The notes under the pieces are model-generated. The model ran no database searches and had not been told where the DNA came from. It was given only the letters and a program-made list of their open reading frames with translations. From the UHGV virus genome UHGV-0092003: a stretch of 64,000 bases of DNA, one strand, 5' to 3'. The stretch's first letter is position 1. The number at the start of each line of letters is the position of its first letter. A program made the translations under genes and the position numbers. Source of the DNA: a virus. Shown here in pieces: positions 27,961 to 36,935 of this stretch.

Positions 27961-28653
27961 ATGACTCCAAGAGGAATACGCAACAACAACCCAGGCAACC
28001 TTGATAACACGAATCCGTGGCAAGGTCTGGTAGCTAACCCGGCAGAGCCTCGCTTTGCCACCTTCAAAGACCCGACGTGGGGTGTTCGAGCGCTGGCCGT
28101 CACGCTCATCACTTACCACGACAAGCGCAAGGCTAAGGACGGCTCTCGAATCGATACGATCCGTGAAGTCATCGAGCGCTGGGCGCCGCCAAGTGAAAAC
28201 AACACTGAGGCGTATGTTCAAGCCGTCTCGAAAGCGGTAGGCGTTTCACCGGATATGGAAATCGACCTGCACCAGTACGAGATTATGCGACCTACCGTTG
28301 AGGCGATTATTCGCCACGAGAACGGCAAAGGCCCACTGCGTACCGAAAACACATGGTACAGCATTGACGTCATTGATGAAGGCTTGCGCCGCGCTGGTGT
28401 GGTGAAGCCGATCAAAACCACGGCTTCCATTCCTGTCACCAAAGAAACCGCTGGCGCAACTGTCACAGCAGGTATCGGTCTGGCGCAGCTGGCTGATGTC
28501 GCGCCGCAGATCAGCGCCGCAATGGATAAGGCTCAGGGGAACATTTCAAGCGGTGACACGGTTCGTATTGTCTTTGGCATTGCGACAATTGCTGTGGCGG
28601 TATTCATCGCTATTGCCCAGGTACGGAAGTATCAGAGAGGTGTTGCGCAATGA
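27961..28653 (+). CDS. putative endolysin-like protein with C-terminal membrane anchor
   Basis: Placed between holin candidate and spanins. RBS AAGGGGAAAAGG. RNNNPGN motif and C-terminal TM; enzymatic class not resolvable by eye. Confidence 0.4.
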   Translation: MTPRGIRNNNPGNLDNTNPWQGLVANPAEPRFATFKDPTWGVRALAVTLITYHDKRKAKDGSRIDTIREVIERWAPPSENNTEAYVQAVSKAVGVSPDMEIDLHQYEIMRPTVEAIIRHENGKGPLRTENTWYSIDVIDEGLRRAGVVKPIKTTASIPVTKETAGATVTAGIGLAQLADVAPQISAAMDKAQGNISSGDTVRIVFGIATIAVAVFIAIAQVRKYQRGVAQ

Positions 28654-28901
28654 TTGAAGGCTTAATTGCCCGTATCAAAGCGTTCGTGATGACGGCTTCG
28701 GCCGTCATTGCGGTACTTGTTGGGGCGTATATCTTGGGTGGCCGCGCAGCTCGTCGTTCGGCAGAGATTAAAAATCAACGTGAAGAGAATAAGCGGCTAA
28801 GCACGACTGTTGAGGTTAAAAATGAAACGACTGTTAAGATCAGGCGCATGGATGACGATGCTGTTGACGATGAGCTTTCTGCTAACTGGATGCGTGATTA
28901 A
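28650..28901 (+). CDS. i-spanin (Rz-like)
   Basis: N-terminal TM with charged coiled periplasmic domain. ATGA overlap with the upstream gene. Confidence 0.6.
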   Translation: MIEGLIARIKAFVMTASAVIAVLVGAYILGGRAARRSAEIKNQREENKRLSTTVEVKNETTVKIRRMDDDAVDDELSANWMRD

Positions 28902-29055
28902 ACAGCCTCAAGGGCTTTTATTCTGCGAGATTGCCAGTCCGATTTACATTTCCCGAGACGATGCGCTGACTCAGGAGACTAAAAGACAGATTCTGGCGCA
29001 TGACATCGTCGGTGAGCGTGTTTGTGGGTGGGGGAGAAGCTATCACACCAGCTAA
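28810..29055 (+). CDS. o-spanin lipoprotein (Rz1-like), embedded in +1 frame of i-spanin
   Basis: Lipobox LTG|C; start lies inside the i-spanin gene. Confidence 0.65.
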   Translation: MRLKMKRLLRSGAWMTMLLTMSFLLTGCVIKQPQGLLFCEIASPIYISRDDALTQETKRQILAHDIVGERVCGWGRSYHTS

Positions 29056-29057
29056 AG

Positions 29058-29092
29058 TAAAAACGCCCCATAATCGCTTAGGGGCGTTTTTT
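29058..29092. terminator. bidirectional rho-independent terminator
   Basis: Stem AACGCCCC/GGGGCGTT flanked by A5 and T6, between convergent gene blocks. Confidence 0.7.
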
Positions 29093-29123
29093 ATGTATTG
29101 AACTAATATAGAAAGTTTAATCT

Positions 29124-29333
29124 TTACTCAATCATGCCATGATAGTGACCGAGAGAAACAACGGACTCAACGAATCTCTTGGCCGTGCTTCTGTCCATTA
29201 TTACGGTTTTGCCATCGACAATCATGTAAATGCTGTCTTCAGGATAGAATGAAGAGCGACCAATTTCTAACTCCATTGACAGGTCGCCTCCCTGATCCAA
29301 GATAGTTTCTTCAAAATACACCGTTGTTGCCAC
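29124..29333 (-). CDS. hypothetical 69-aa protein
   Basis: ORF downstream of the toxin gene on the minus strand. Confidence 0.35.
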   Translation of the reverse strand: MATTVYFEETILDQGGDLSMELEIGRSSFYPEDSIYMIVDGKTVIMDRSTAKRFVESVVSLGHYHGMIE

Positions 29334-29385
29334 AGTTGCCCCCTTTCAGTAACACTTTTAGATAATTTTACTTTCAAAGAAATGC

Positions 29386-29405
29386 ACGTAAATTTGACGT
29401 AAATT
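29386..29405. repeat. direct repeat ACGTAAATT ×2 at 11-bp period
   Basis: gcACGTAAATTtgACGTAAATT in the promoter region of the minus-strand 69-aa gene. Confidence 0.4.
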
Positions 29406-29464
29406 CATTATGTTGTAAAAACTGTGCACTCGTAGCCACCAGAGTCGTCGTAAAGTAAAAGACT

Positions 29465-29983
29465 TTATGGGAGCTGTGCAATTTTGGATGTAGGGTAAAA
29501 GAATAGGTTTTCATTATCACCAATCAACCTAGTAAACCCTAAATTTTCATAAAATTTACAAGCAGATTCATTCTTAGCGTCAACAAACATACCATGAAGA
29601 CCTATCGCGTTAGCTGCTTGAAGAACCACTTTTGCTGCCTCGACCACCAGCATTTCACCAATGCCTTGTCGCTGGACTGTCTTGTCGACAGCCAGTCGGC
29701 CCAGGATTATGCATGGGGTATTGGTATAAGGAATTTTCTTCTGCTGGCTTTTGGATGGAAATCTACTTCGCTCAAACGACCCCCCGGCCAAAGTAAAGAA
29801 GCCAAGCACTTTTGGTAAGCCAGATCCATACTCAAGATATACGTATCCACGCAGAATCTGCTTTTCGTCCTGTCTTTGAAGATGTTCTGACAGGAATAAA
29901 TTTAGCGCCTCGTTACCGCAGTCGAAGGAGCTAATGTCGTATGGAAAATCTTTCTGTATTGGTTCAATATCATACGTGTTCAC
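29465..29983 (-). CDS. GNAT acetyltransferase toxin (TacT/AtaT-like)
   Basis: GNAT acetyl-CoA motif QRQGIGEMLVVEA. 172 aa. Immediately downstream of the DUF1778-type antitoxin, 4 nt apart. Confidence 0.65.
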   Translation of the reverse strand: MNTYDIEPIQKDFPYDISSFDCGNEALNLFLSEHLQRQDEKQILRGYVYLEYGSGLPKVLGFFTLAGGSFERSRFPSKSQQKKIPYTNTPCIILGRLAVDKTVQRQGIGEMLVVEAAKVVLQAANAIGLHGMFVDAKNESACKFYENLGFTRLIGDNENLFFYPTSKIAQLP

Positions 29984-29987
29984 GCTA

Positions 29988-30260
29988 TCAGGTCCTTAAA
30001 TTTTTAAGGCGCTCAGCAGCTCGCTTCATTCTGTCATTCGGTTGATCTGGGTTGTTGATGGCATCCATCACCAATTTCCAGGAATCTTCGCACAAAACGA
30101 TTCTGCGATGCTGCTCAATCACCTCTGTGGCTCTTTCTGCTGCGCTACTTATCACAAACTGGCTCACGCTTAGATTGGACAAGATCGCCGCTTCCTCAAT
30201 GACTGACTTAGCTTCATCGGTCAGTCGTATATCGATACGTTCTTTTTTCAAAGTGGGCAT
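29988..30260 (-). CDS. RHH/DUF1778-type antitoxin (TacA-like)
   Basis: 90 aa in antitoxin-first operon with the GNAT toxin. Confidence 0.6.
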   Translation of the reverse strand: MPTLKKERIDIRLTDEAKSVIEEAAILSNLSVSQFVISSAAERATEVIEQHRRIVLCEDSWKLVMDAINNPDQPNDRMKRAAERLKNLRT

Positions 30261-30523
30261 AACAACCTCGTTACTCGCCGCTTCTAATGCATCTTGGCTA
30301 ACGAGTGGATAATGTTCTGGTTAGGGAATACCTAAAGAAAACAGAATCTTACCAAGCCGACAAGCGCCGACTGGATAAACTCCTTTTGTAGCAAACTCTA
30401 CGGTTTGCACTAGTAAACTGTACGGGAGTTCTCCGTACAAATTTTACTATATACTCGCCACCACTAAAACTCAACATTTGGTTGAATATTTGAGCGGTGA
30501 GCTTTAGGATATAAGGCATATAA

Positions 30524-30540
30524 GAAAACATTTTGTTTTC
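30524..30540. promoter_or_regulatory. dyad GAAAACA-TTT-TGTTTTC (family B)
   Basis: Perfect 7-bp arms, about 28 nt upstream of the parA ATG. Confidence 0.5.
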
Positions 30541-30568
30541 AAAACTAAAAACAGTACAAGGCGAAACA

Positions 30569-31234
30569 ATGGATACCAGACTCATCATAGTTGGTGGGAC
30601 GAAGGGCGGACCGGGTAAGTCCACCATCGCCCAGCAGGTAGCAGCCTGTTTGCAGCTCAAGAAGAAGAAAAAGGTTCACGTTACCGACATCGACATCCAG
30701 CGCACCACGACAACCTGGTGCGAAGATCGGCGTAGTAACAAGAAGCTAGAACTTCTACCTTTTTCCTTCGTGGGTAACGAAATCATCAAGCACCTTCAAT
30801 CGCTCAATGGCCGTTACGAGTATATCGTTGTTGATGCTGGCGGCTTTGACTCCGAAATTCAGCGTGAAGCAATGTTGATCGCCGACGCCATACTGATTCC
30901 TCTTCGACCGAAGCGCAGAGACCTGAAGTCCTTACGAGACATTGACCCTGTTCTGGAAAGCGTCAAGGCAGAGAACCCGGAGGTTAAGATCCGCGTGGTG
31001 ATGAACCAATGTCCATCATTGCCTTCTCAGGTGTCTCGAATACTTGCATCAAAAGAAATCGTTGAGTCATTTGGCATTGAGGCCGTACCAGTTAACATCT
31101 ACAACCGAAATATCTATGACGATGCGGAAGAAGCTGGGCGCTCTGTTTTCGAAATGAAAGGCAAAGAGCGTGACAAAAAGGCTGAAGACGAGATTGAAGA
31201 GTTAGTTGATTATCTTATTAGTTTAGAGGGGTAG
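30569..31234 (+). CDS. parA: ParA-family partition ATPase
   Basis: Deviant Walker A KGGPGKST. Small type-Ib size from ATG 30569; ORF open from 30533. Confidence 0.75.
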   Translation: MDTRLIIVGGTKGGPGKSTIAQQVAACLQLKKKKKVHVTDIDIQRTTTTWCEDRRSNKKLELLPFSFVGNEIIKHLQSLNGRYEYIVVDAGGFDSEIQREAMLIADAILIPLRPKRRDLKSLRDIDPVLESVKAENPEVKIRVVMNQCPSLPSQVSRILASKEIVESFGIEAVPVNIYNRNIYDDAEEAGRSVFEMKGKERDKKAEDEIEELVDYLISLEG

Positions 31235-31239
31235 TATTC

Positions 31240-31614
31240 ATGAAAATGGGAAAAATGGGCGATCTTGCCAAACGTACCGTCGAAGAGACACCAGTTCAGG
31301 ATACTGAAGCAAAAGCGTCTAACTCTCCGATGCGTTCTCCGGTTCGACCACAGGGGAGACCTACCCGCGGGAAGTCCAGCATTAAAAGCCGTACCATGAG
31401 CATCGAGGATGAGTTTATCAGCCTGATCTCAGTCATGGAGAATGTTGACCGCTGGAACAGATTCACACGTTCAGATGTCATTCGTGCCGCTATCATGAAT
31501 CTGGCAAGTGAGTCACCGGAGCGGATCGCAGAGACAATTTCTGTACTGCGAGAAACTCCAGCTTCTGAGGCGGAGATGCGCGGCGAGCAAATTCGTCGTG
31601 AGCTGGAGCAGTAA
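31240..31614 (+). CDS. ParB/ParG-like partition DNA-binding protein (putative)
   Basis: Small basic protein immediately after parA. Confidence 0.4.
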   Translation: MKMGKMGDLAKRTVEETPVQDTEAKASNSPMRSPVRPQGRPTRGKSSIKSRTMSIEDEFISLISVMENVDRWNRFTRSDVIRAAIMNLASESPERIAETISVLRETPASEAEMRGEQIRRELEQ

Positions 31615-31704
31615 CATCGGCGTCTACCCCTTAATATGTTTTAAAAGAAAAAGCTTTAAATACTATACAGAGCCAGGCTTGGTTTAGACTAACCCAGAAA
31701 TCTT

Positions 31705-31739
31705 AAAAGAATGAGGCGCTTTCAGCGCCTTATTCTTTG
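31705..31739. terminator. bidirectional terminator
   Basis: AAAAGAAT-GAGGCGC…GCGCCT-TATTCTTT palindrome between convergent genes. Confidence 0.65.
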
Positions 31740-31815
31740 TATCTGGAGTGTTATCAAAGACCTTGCTCCTATAGTTATTATATTTCTGGTGTTTGTTTTT
31801 AAATATTATGGGTGA

Positions 31816-32292
31816 TCAGAATGTGCATTCCTTTTTAATGATATGAGAAAGAACTTGGAAAGCTGGGCGCTGCCACTCGGTAAGAGTGTTTTTGTTGTAG
31901 ACTCTCACACCATTCATAACCTTCCCATCTATTCCAGTCGCTAGTGTTGAGTTATGTTCCCGATATGCAGAGGCTTCTTTTTCAACTGCGTCCAAAAAGT
32001 TCTTGATCGAAAAGTTCGGGCATTTTTTCTTTGTGGTTTCATAATGACTCTGGATAACGGAGTCCAGATAACCATTGCAGTAACCCCAATCTCTAGCGTT
32101 TTTGGGATCTTCAGCATTTTTGCAGGATTGATACCACTCAGAGATTTTAGGTAAAGAAGGATCTATCATTTTATCGCTAGGGAATGCCTTTGGTATAGAT
32201 AGCGGAGAGTTGTATTGTGTTTGAGCAAAAATAGGGTTAGATAGCAGTGCAAATAATAACGGTGCTGATAGTATATTCTTTGAATTAATCAC
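31816..32292 (-). CDS. secreted protein (signal peptide), AT-rich moron
   Basis: N-terminal signal peptide …SNPIFA|QT; Cys-containing; AT-rich context. Confidence 0.45.
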   Translation of the reverse strand: MINSKNILSAPLLFALLSNPIFAQTQYNSPLSIPKAFPSDKMIDPSLPKISEWYQSCKNAEDPKNARDWGYCNGYLDSVIQSHYETTKKKCPNFSIKNFLDAVEKEASAYREHNSTLATGIDGKVMNGVRVYNKNTLTEWQRPAFQVLSHIIKKECTF

Positions 32293-32450
32293 TGTTATGT
32301 ACTCCGAATATAAGTTATTGATTTTATGATATAGGTATTGCTTAATTTAGCATCTCAATTCTCTATCGTATGACTTTTGCACCGTCGTCAACAACCTTTC
32401 TTTTCCGCTTTCAAAAACCCACGCCAGCGTTTATCATTTGGCGAAAATGG

Positions 32451-32471
32451 TAAGTAAGAACTTATTTAGGT
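32451..32471. promoter_or_regulatory. family-A related element TAAGTAAGAACTTATTTAGGTATGG
   Basis: Shares GTAAG-N-ACTTATTTA…GGTATGG with the sites at 48191 and 61149. Confidence 0.4.
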
Positions 32472-33212
32472 ATGGACAGATTATTAGTGACACCAGACGG
32501 GGCGAAGTACGAGTTCATGCAGGAAATGACTACCGCGGACATGGACAGATGGGTATCCGAGAACATCGGACTCTCTCGCTGTGCCGGCGAGACAGAGCTG
32601 TTTGCAACAAAGTGGTTCGATTATCGCAACATGCATCCGCTGGTTGCCACCTGCCTTTTCTCTGAAATCTACAAAACTGAGTACGCACGAATCATGCTGA
32701 CGCACGGTCGTGACGACTTCCAGCGTGCTCCATACCGCACCGGATTGAAGCGTGTTGCATATCAGGATCAGGGGATGGGTGTAAAAACATCTCTGTGGCG
32801 TGCTCGCCAGTTCGCGGACAGGTATTGCTGTTCGTATGAGTATTACATCTCGACGATTCTAAGCATCGCGGCACAACGTCTTTGGGCCAATCTCCCGCGC
32901 CCCCAGCATCTGTGGCAGGACGATTTGGTCGAAATCTTTGAGCAGAAGCTGGCACGCCGCTCCCAGATCCGCATCGATGACAGTATTTTCAGCTATCACA
33001 ACATGCCCCAGCTGGCAGCGCCCGAAATGCAGAAAGATTACTGCATGTGGGTTATCAGGCACATTGATGCAATGAAGCCCTCATCCCGCGTTAATGGCGT
33101 TCTCTCAGCCGTATATCTCCGCAGACTTATCCCGGAAACAGTGGCCGCTAAGCGATACCCAAAATTGATACATGAAGCGAGAGATCTGTATTTGAGCGCC
33201 TGTGAAGACTAA
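32472..33212 (+). CDS. hypothetical protein (246 aa), possible replication accessory/helicase loader
   Basis: Position directly upstream of the helicase only. Confidence 0.25.
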   Translation: MDRLLVTPDGAKYEFMQEMTTADMDRWVSENIGLSRCAGETELFATKWFDYRNMHPLVATCLFSEIYKTEYARIMLTHGRDDFQRAPYRTGLKRVAYQDQGMGVKTSLWRARQFADRYCCSYEYYISTILSIAAQRLWANLPRPQHLWQDDLVEIFEQKLARRSQIRIDDSIFSYHNMPQLAAPEMQKDYCMWVIRHIDAMKPSSRVNGVLSAVYLRRLIPETVAAKRYPKLIHEARDLYLSACED

Positions 33213-33221
33213 TCATAATTC

Positions 33222-33237
33222 AGAAAACAAGTTGTTT
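33222..33237. promoter_or_regulatory. dyad GAAAACA-AGT-TGTTTA (family B)
   Basis: About 20 nt upstream of the helicase start. Confidence 0.45.
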
Positions 33238-33256
33238 AAAACAATAAGGAAAGCAC

Positions 33257-34618
33257 ATGAGTACCGTCCCTTCCACACTCGAAACACCTGTTCACACAGG
33301 ACGACCGTTATCTGAAGAGTTTGACGCCGGCTTTGAAGATCGACTGGCTGCTTACTACTGCCGCGACCGAGAGTTCCTGATTAGAGCCGGTGACTTGGTT
33401 CTGCCTGAGCAATTCTCAAACAAGGCGAATGGGTATCTGGTCAATATCGTTGCCGGTTACTTCCGCTCGTACAAAAGCTCGCCGTCGAAAGAGTTTATCA
33501 TCGACATGATCAAGGAAGCGAAGAAACGCGGAAAGATTCGCGAAGAGTTCGTACCTGAAGTCGTTGAGGCGATGAAGCGCATTCTGGCCGAAAAGCTGGA
33601 AGACACCGGTTACATGATTGACCGTGTTGTAACGTTCGCACGTTCCGTCGCCTTTGATGACGCGTTTATCAAAGCGGCCGAGCTGAAGGAGAAAGGCGAG
33701 TTTGAACGCGCGATGCAGGTCATGCAGAAGGTCGATCTGGTTGGCGCCTCTGATATGGACGACGTTTACGATTATCTCGCCCGAGCTGGGGAGCGTCACG
33801 AGCGTCGTGAGTATGAGGCGTCAGAAGACTTTATCCCAAACAGCATTACAACCGGCATTCCTCTGCTGGACAAAATGCTTCACCAGAAAGGCTGGGGGCG
33901 TAAAGAACTGGTGCTGTTTATGGGCTTCGCAAAGTCTGGTAAGTCGACGGCCATGGGTGAGTTCGGTATTAACGCCACGCTGAAAGGCTACAACGTCTTG
34001 TATGTCTCTCTGGAGGTTCACAAAGACATTCTTTCAGATCGTTGGGATGCTCGCATTTCTGAAACGGAAATGTCCAAGCTCATCGAACGCCGTGATGATA
34101 TCGCCGACAAACTGCGCTCAATAGGTGCTGGTTCGAAAGTGGGTAGCATGTGGATTGTTGAGCGTCGCGCTAACACGTTCTCACATGCAGATCTCGACCG
34201 TTTGCTCAGCAACATGAAAGCTAACGGGATGATGCCAGACATGGTCATTGTCGACTATGCGGATCTGATGCGTGCCACTACACCAACAAAAGACCCGCGC
34301 AATGATGTGAAAGACATTTACACCGACCTGCGTGCTGTGATGGATAAGCACGACGTGGCAGGTATGACAGCGTCCCAGACCAACCGTGAAGGTGGTGCCT
34401 CTGAAGTGGCAACGATGATGCACGCCGCGGACAACATCGAGAAGGTTCGTATTTGTGATTTGATTATCTCAATCAACAAAACCGAAGAGGAAGAGGCTAA
34501 AGGTGAGGCGCGTCTGTATTTTGCTGGTTCGCGTAACCAGAAAGGCGGGGTCAGTCTGCGCGTACTTCAGGATCTGGAACAAATGCGATTCATTAAGCGA
34601 ATCATTGACGTGATGTAA
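33257..34618 (+). CDS. DnaB-like replicative helicase
   Basis: Walker A GFAKSGKST and Walker B VIVDYADLM, RecA-like C-terminal fold. Confidence 0.7.
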   Translation: MSTVPSTLETPVHTGRPLSEEFDAGFEDRLAAYYCRDREFLIRAGDLVLPEQFSNKANGYLVNIVAGYFRSYKSSPSKEFIIDMIKEAKKRGKIREEFVPEVVEAMKRILAEKLEDTGYMIDRVVTFARSVAFDDAFIKAAELKEKGEFERAMQVMQKVDLVGASDMDDVYDYLARAGERHERREYEASEDFIPNSITTGIPLLDKMLHQKGWGRKELVLFMGFAKSGKSTAMGEFGINATLKGYNVLYVSLEVHKDILSDRWDARISETEMSKLIERRDDIADKLRSIGAGSKVGSMWIVERRANTFSHADLDRLLSNMKANGMMPDMVIVDYADLMRATTPTKDPRNDVKDIYTDLRAVMDKHDVAGMTASQTNREGGASEVATMMHAADNIEKVRICDLIISINKTEEEEAKGEARLYFAGSRNQKGGVSLRVLQDLEQMRFIKRIIDVM

Positions 34619-34704
34619 AAAAAAGGCGTTCCAAAACGGAGCGCCTTCACTTCAATTCAGAAATTCAAGCTTTCTTTTGCTAATAAAACCACAAAAGAAA
34701 ACAC

Positions 34705-34752
34705 ATGTACGGTCATATTAATCAATGGCCGGCTAAATGCAAGGTTTATTAA
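34705..34752 (+). CDS. 15-aa upstream leader ORF
   Basis: Canonical AAGAAAACACATG context. Its stop TAA abuts the primase ATG. Confidence 0.3.
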   Translation: MYGHINQWPAKCKVY

Positions 34753-35868
34753 ATGTCAGAATTAAAAGAATTGTTGGAAGAATTCGACTTTGAGCAATGG
34801 CTAGATACTGAGGGGATCTCATATCGTCGCGGCTCAAGGACTTCGAAGGGGCGTGAAGTTAACATCCGGGAATGTCCGTGTTGCAAAAGCAGTAAGTGGA
34901 AGGTTTACTTCAATCTAACAACGGGCCTGGGCAAGTGCTTCGCTGGCGATCACCCGGAGGAAGTGCAGTTTAACAAGCTGAACTTCATCAAATACCATAC
35001 CGGCGAATCGTGGCGCGGATTGCAGCGTTACATCCGCAACGAGTTGATGCAGCAAGGCTGGCGACCGAAAGAGGAAGAGGTTGAGCTGAAGTCGGATGTT
35101 GAGCTGACGTCTGAAGTTATCCTGCCACCGCATTACCAGCTGCCAATCGAGGGGCAGTTACCAACGTATCTCGTTGATCGTGACATCTCCCCGGAGCTGG
35201 CTACTTACTTCGATCTCCGCTACTGCGTAGAAGGTACGCACGTCTATCTCGATGAACGTAATGGCCGACCCCACATTCAGTCGTTCGACATGCGCATCCT
35301 GATCCCCATTTACGATTTGGACGGCAAGATGCGAACGTTTCAGGGACGTGATATCACCGGGGAATCGGATCGCCGTTATCTCTTCCCAATATCGTTACCA
35401 GCGTCGGGCAAGTTTCTCTATAACGGACATAACGCCATCGGAAAACGCACTGTAATCGTTTCTGAGGGCGCTTTTGACGTTATGGGTATCAAGCGTGCTC
35501 TTTTTGCTGAGGAAACGCTGAGAGAGTATGTGGAGCCGATAGGAACGTTCGGTATGCACTTGTCCGGCACGCTGGATGGTGAGAACGAAGATCAGCTTGG
35601 CGCATTTTTGAAGCTGAAGCAAAAAGGATTAGAGACGGTCGTAATGATGTGGGACTCCGAAAAACAGGCAATACACAACACGTTCGGTGCGGCCAAGCGA
35701 TTAGCCGGCATTGGGTTGCGTGTGAAAATCGCTTGTCTAGGAGAGGAAGGACTAGACCCAGGTGATGCGACAATCGAGCAGGTTCTTAAAGCCTACTATC
35801 GAGCGAAGCCATACACCAAGATGCTCGAAATGATGGCGAAACTACACGGTATTAAAGCACTTCTCTGA
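34753..35868 (+). CDS. DNA primase (DnaG-like: zinc-binding + TOPRIM)
   Basis: CPCCKSS…CFAGDH zinc motif; TOPRIM VIVSEGAFDVMGI. Confidence 0.7.
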   Translation: MSELKELLEEFDFEQWLDTEGISYRRGSRTSKGREVNIRECPCCKSSKWKVYFNLTTGLGKCFAGDHPEEVQFNKLNFIKYHTGESWRGLQRYIRNELMQQGWRPKEEEVELKSDVELTSEVILPPHYQLPIEGQLPTYLVDRDISPELATYFDLRYCVEGTHVYLDERNGRPHIQSFDMRILIPIYDLDGKMRTFQGRDITGESDRRYLFPISLPASGKFLYNGHNAIGKRTVIVSEGAFDVMGIKRALFAEETLREYVEPIGTFGMHLSGTLDGENEDQLGAFLKLKQKGLETVVMMWDSEKQAIHNTFGAAKRLAGIGLRVKIACLGEEGLDPGDATIEQVLKAYYRAKPYTKMLEMMAKLHGIKALL

Positions 35869-35878
35869 CCGCAAAAAA

Positions 35879-35896
35879 GATAAGTATTTACTTATC
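35879..35896. promoter_or_regulatory. palindrome GATAAGTA-TT-TACTTATC (family A)
   Basis: Perfect 8+2+8 inverted repeat upstream of 35934. Confidence 0.5.
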
Positions 35897-35933
35897 ATTT
35901 TGTATAAGATCCACAAAAAACGAAGGAGAGCAC

Positions 35934-36851
35934 ATGTATATCAAAAGCATTGATGAGGCTGTCAGGAAAGCCATTAGTGACGCCTCGCACCTCTTTAAAG
36001 ATCGAGATGTAGAGCAGGTGGTGAAAGAGGCTTGTGAGAAGGCGAATCAGCGAATCTCCATTAAGATGCCAGTCACCATATCCACACCGGATGAGCCTTG
36101 GATTTACATTTCGTCAGCTTTAACGGCTGATCGGAACTTCGAGCTGTTCGTCATCGTCAATCTGACTGACGTCGCCGAGGACTATCTGAAAGCGAAGGTG
36201 TTTCAGGGCGTCTTTTATGCAGGAAGACCGCGGCCAGCGATGTCACTTTACGAGAAGTCGATAATGATAAAAGCCGAAGATTATGAATCTTACGTCGGCC
36301 CTGCAGCGGTAAAAAACTTCGCTAACTATATGTTGGAAAGCGGCGTTCTGCAGGCTCCAGAGTTTGATCATGTCCTGCGCTCACTGAGAGCCACGATGAC
36401 GACGGAAGTTGTTTCAATGCCGGACATCCCTAAAGTTGTAGATGATGTATCAATGACCGGGGCAATGGCTTTGTCTGCCGTGCATTCGAGCGCATTCGAG
36501 GCGCCAGGCTATTCTCGCGCATTTTCGCTTAAAGCACCGAGTGGCATCATCGACGCGATCCTAGACCAGAAGTCGTCTCAGGCAAAAAACCGTTTCAATG
36601 AAAGCATTGAAATGCAGCTCTTCAGCGAATACGACGGCAACATGGAAGATGTTGAGGCTGTAAAGGCGGTATCCAAATGCTTTGGTGGTCTCTTTACTCG
36701 GCCTGGAGACATGATCACTCGCCTTGGTTATGACAAAGCGGCCATGCTCTCGGAAGGCAAAAGCTACGCTCTCGCTCACGTCCGTGAAGCGATAAAACAT
36801 GCAGAAGTACACAGCCTCGTCGCGGAAAACCCTCTTTGGGGTTCTTGGTAA
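35934..36851 (+). CDS. hypothetical protein (305 aa)
   Basis: Canonical RBS context GAAGGAGAGCACATG. Confidence 0.5.
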   Translation: MYIKSIDEAVRKAISDASHLFKDRDVEQVVKEACEKANQRISIKMPVTISTPDEPWIYISSALTADRNFELFVIVNLTDVAEDYLKAKVFQGVFYAGRPRPAMSLYEKSIMIKAEDYESYVGPAAVKNFANYMLESGVLQAPEFDHVLRSLRATMTTEVVSMPDIPKVVDDVSMTGAMALSAVHSSAFEAPGYSRAFSLKAPSGIIDAILDQKSSQAKNRFNESIEMQLFSEYDGNMEDVEAVKAVSKCFGGLFTRPGDMITRLGYDKAAMLSEGKSYALAHVREAIKHAEVHSLVAENPLWGSW

Positions 36852-36907
36852 CAATTCCCTCGTAAAAAATCTTTCAAGCCTGCGCCAGAGCATTAGACTG
36901 GCGCAAT

Positions 36908-36927
36908 GATAAGTAAACATTTACTAT
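36908..36927. promoter_or_regulatory. family-A palindrome variant GATAAGTAA-ACAT-TTACTAT
   Basis: Right half has a 1-nt deletion relative to consensus. Confidence 0.35.
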
Positions 36928-36935
36928 AAGGATCT

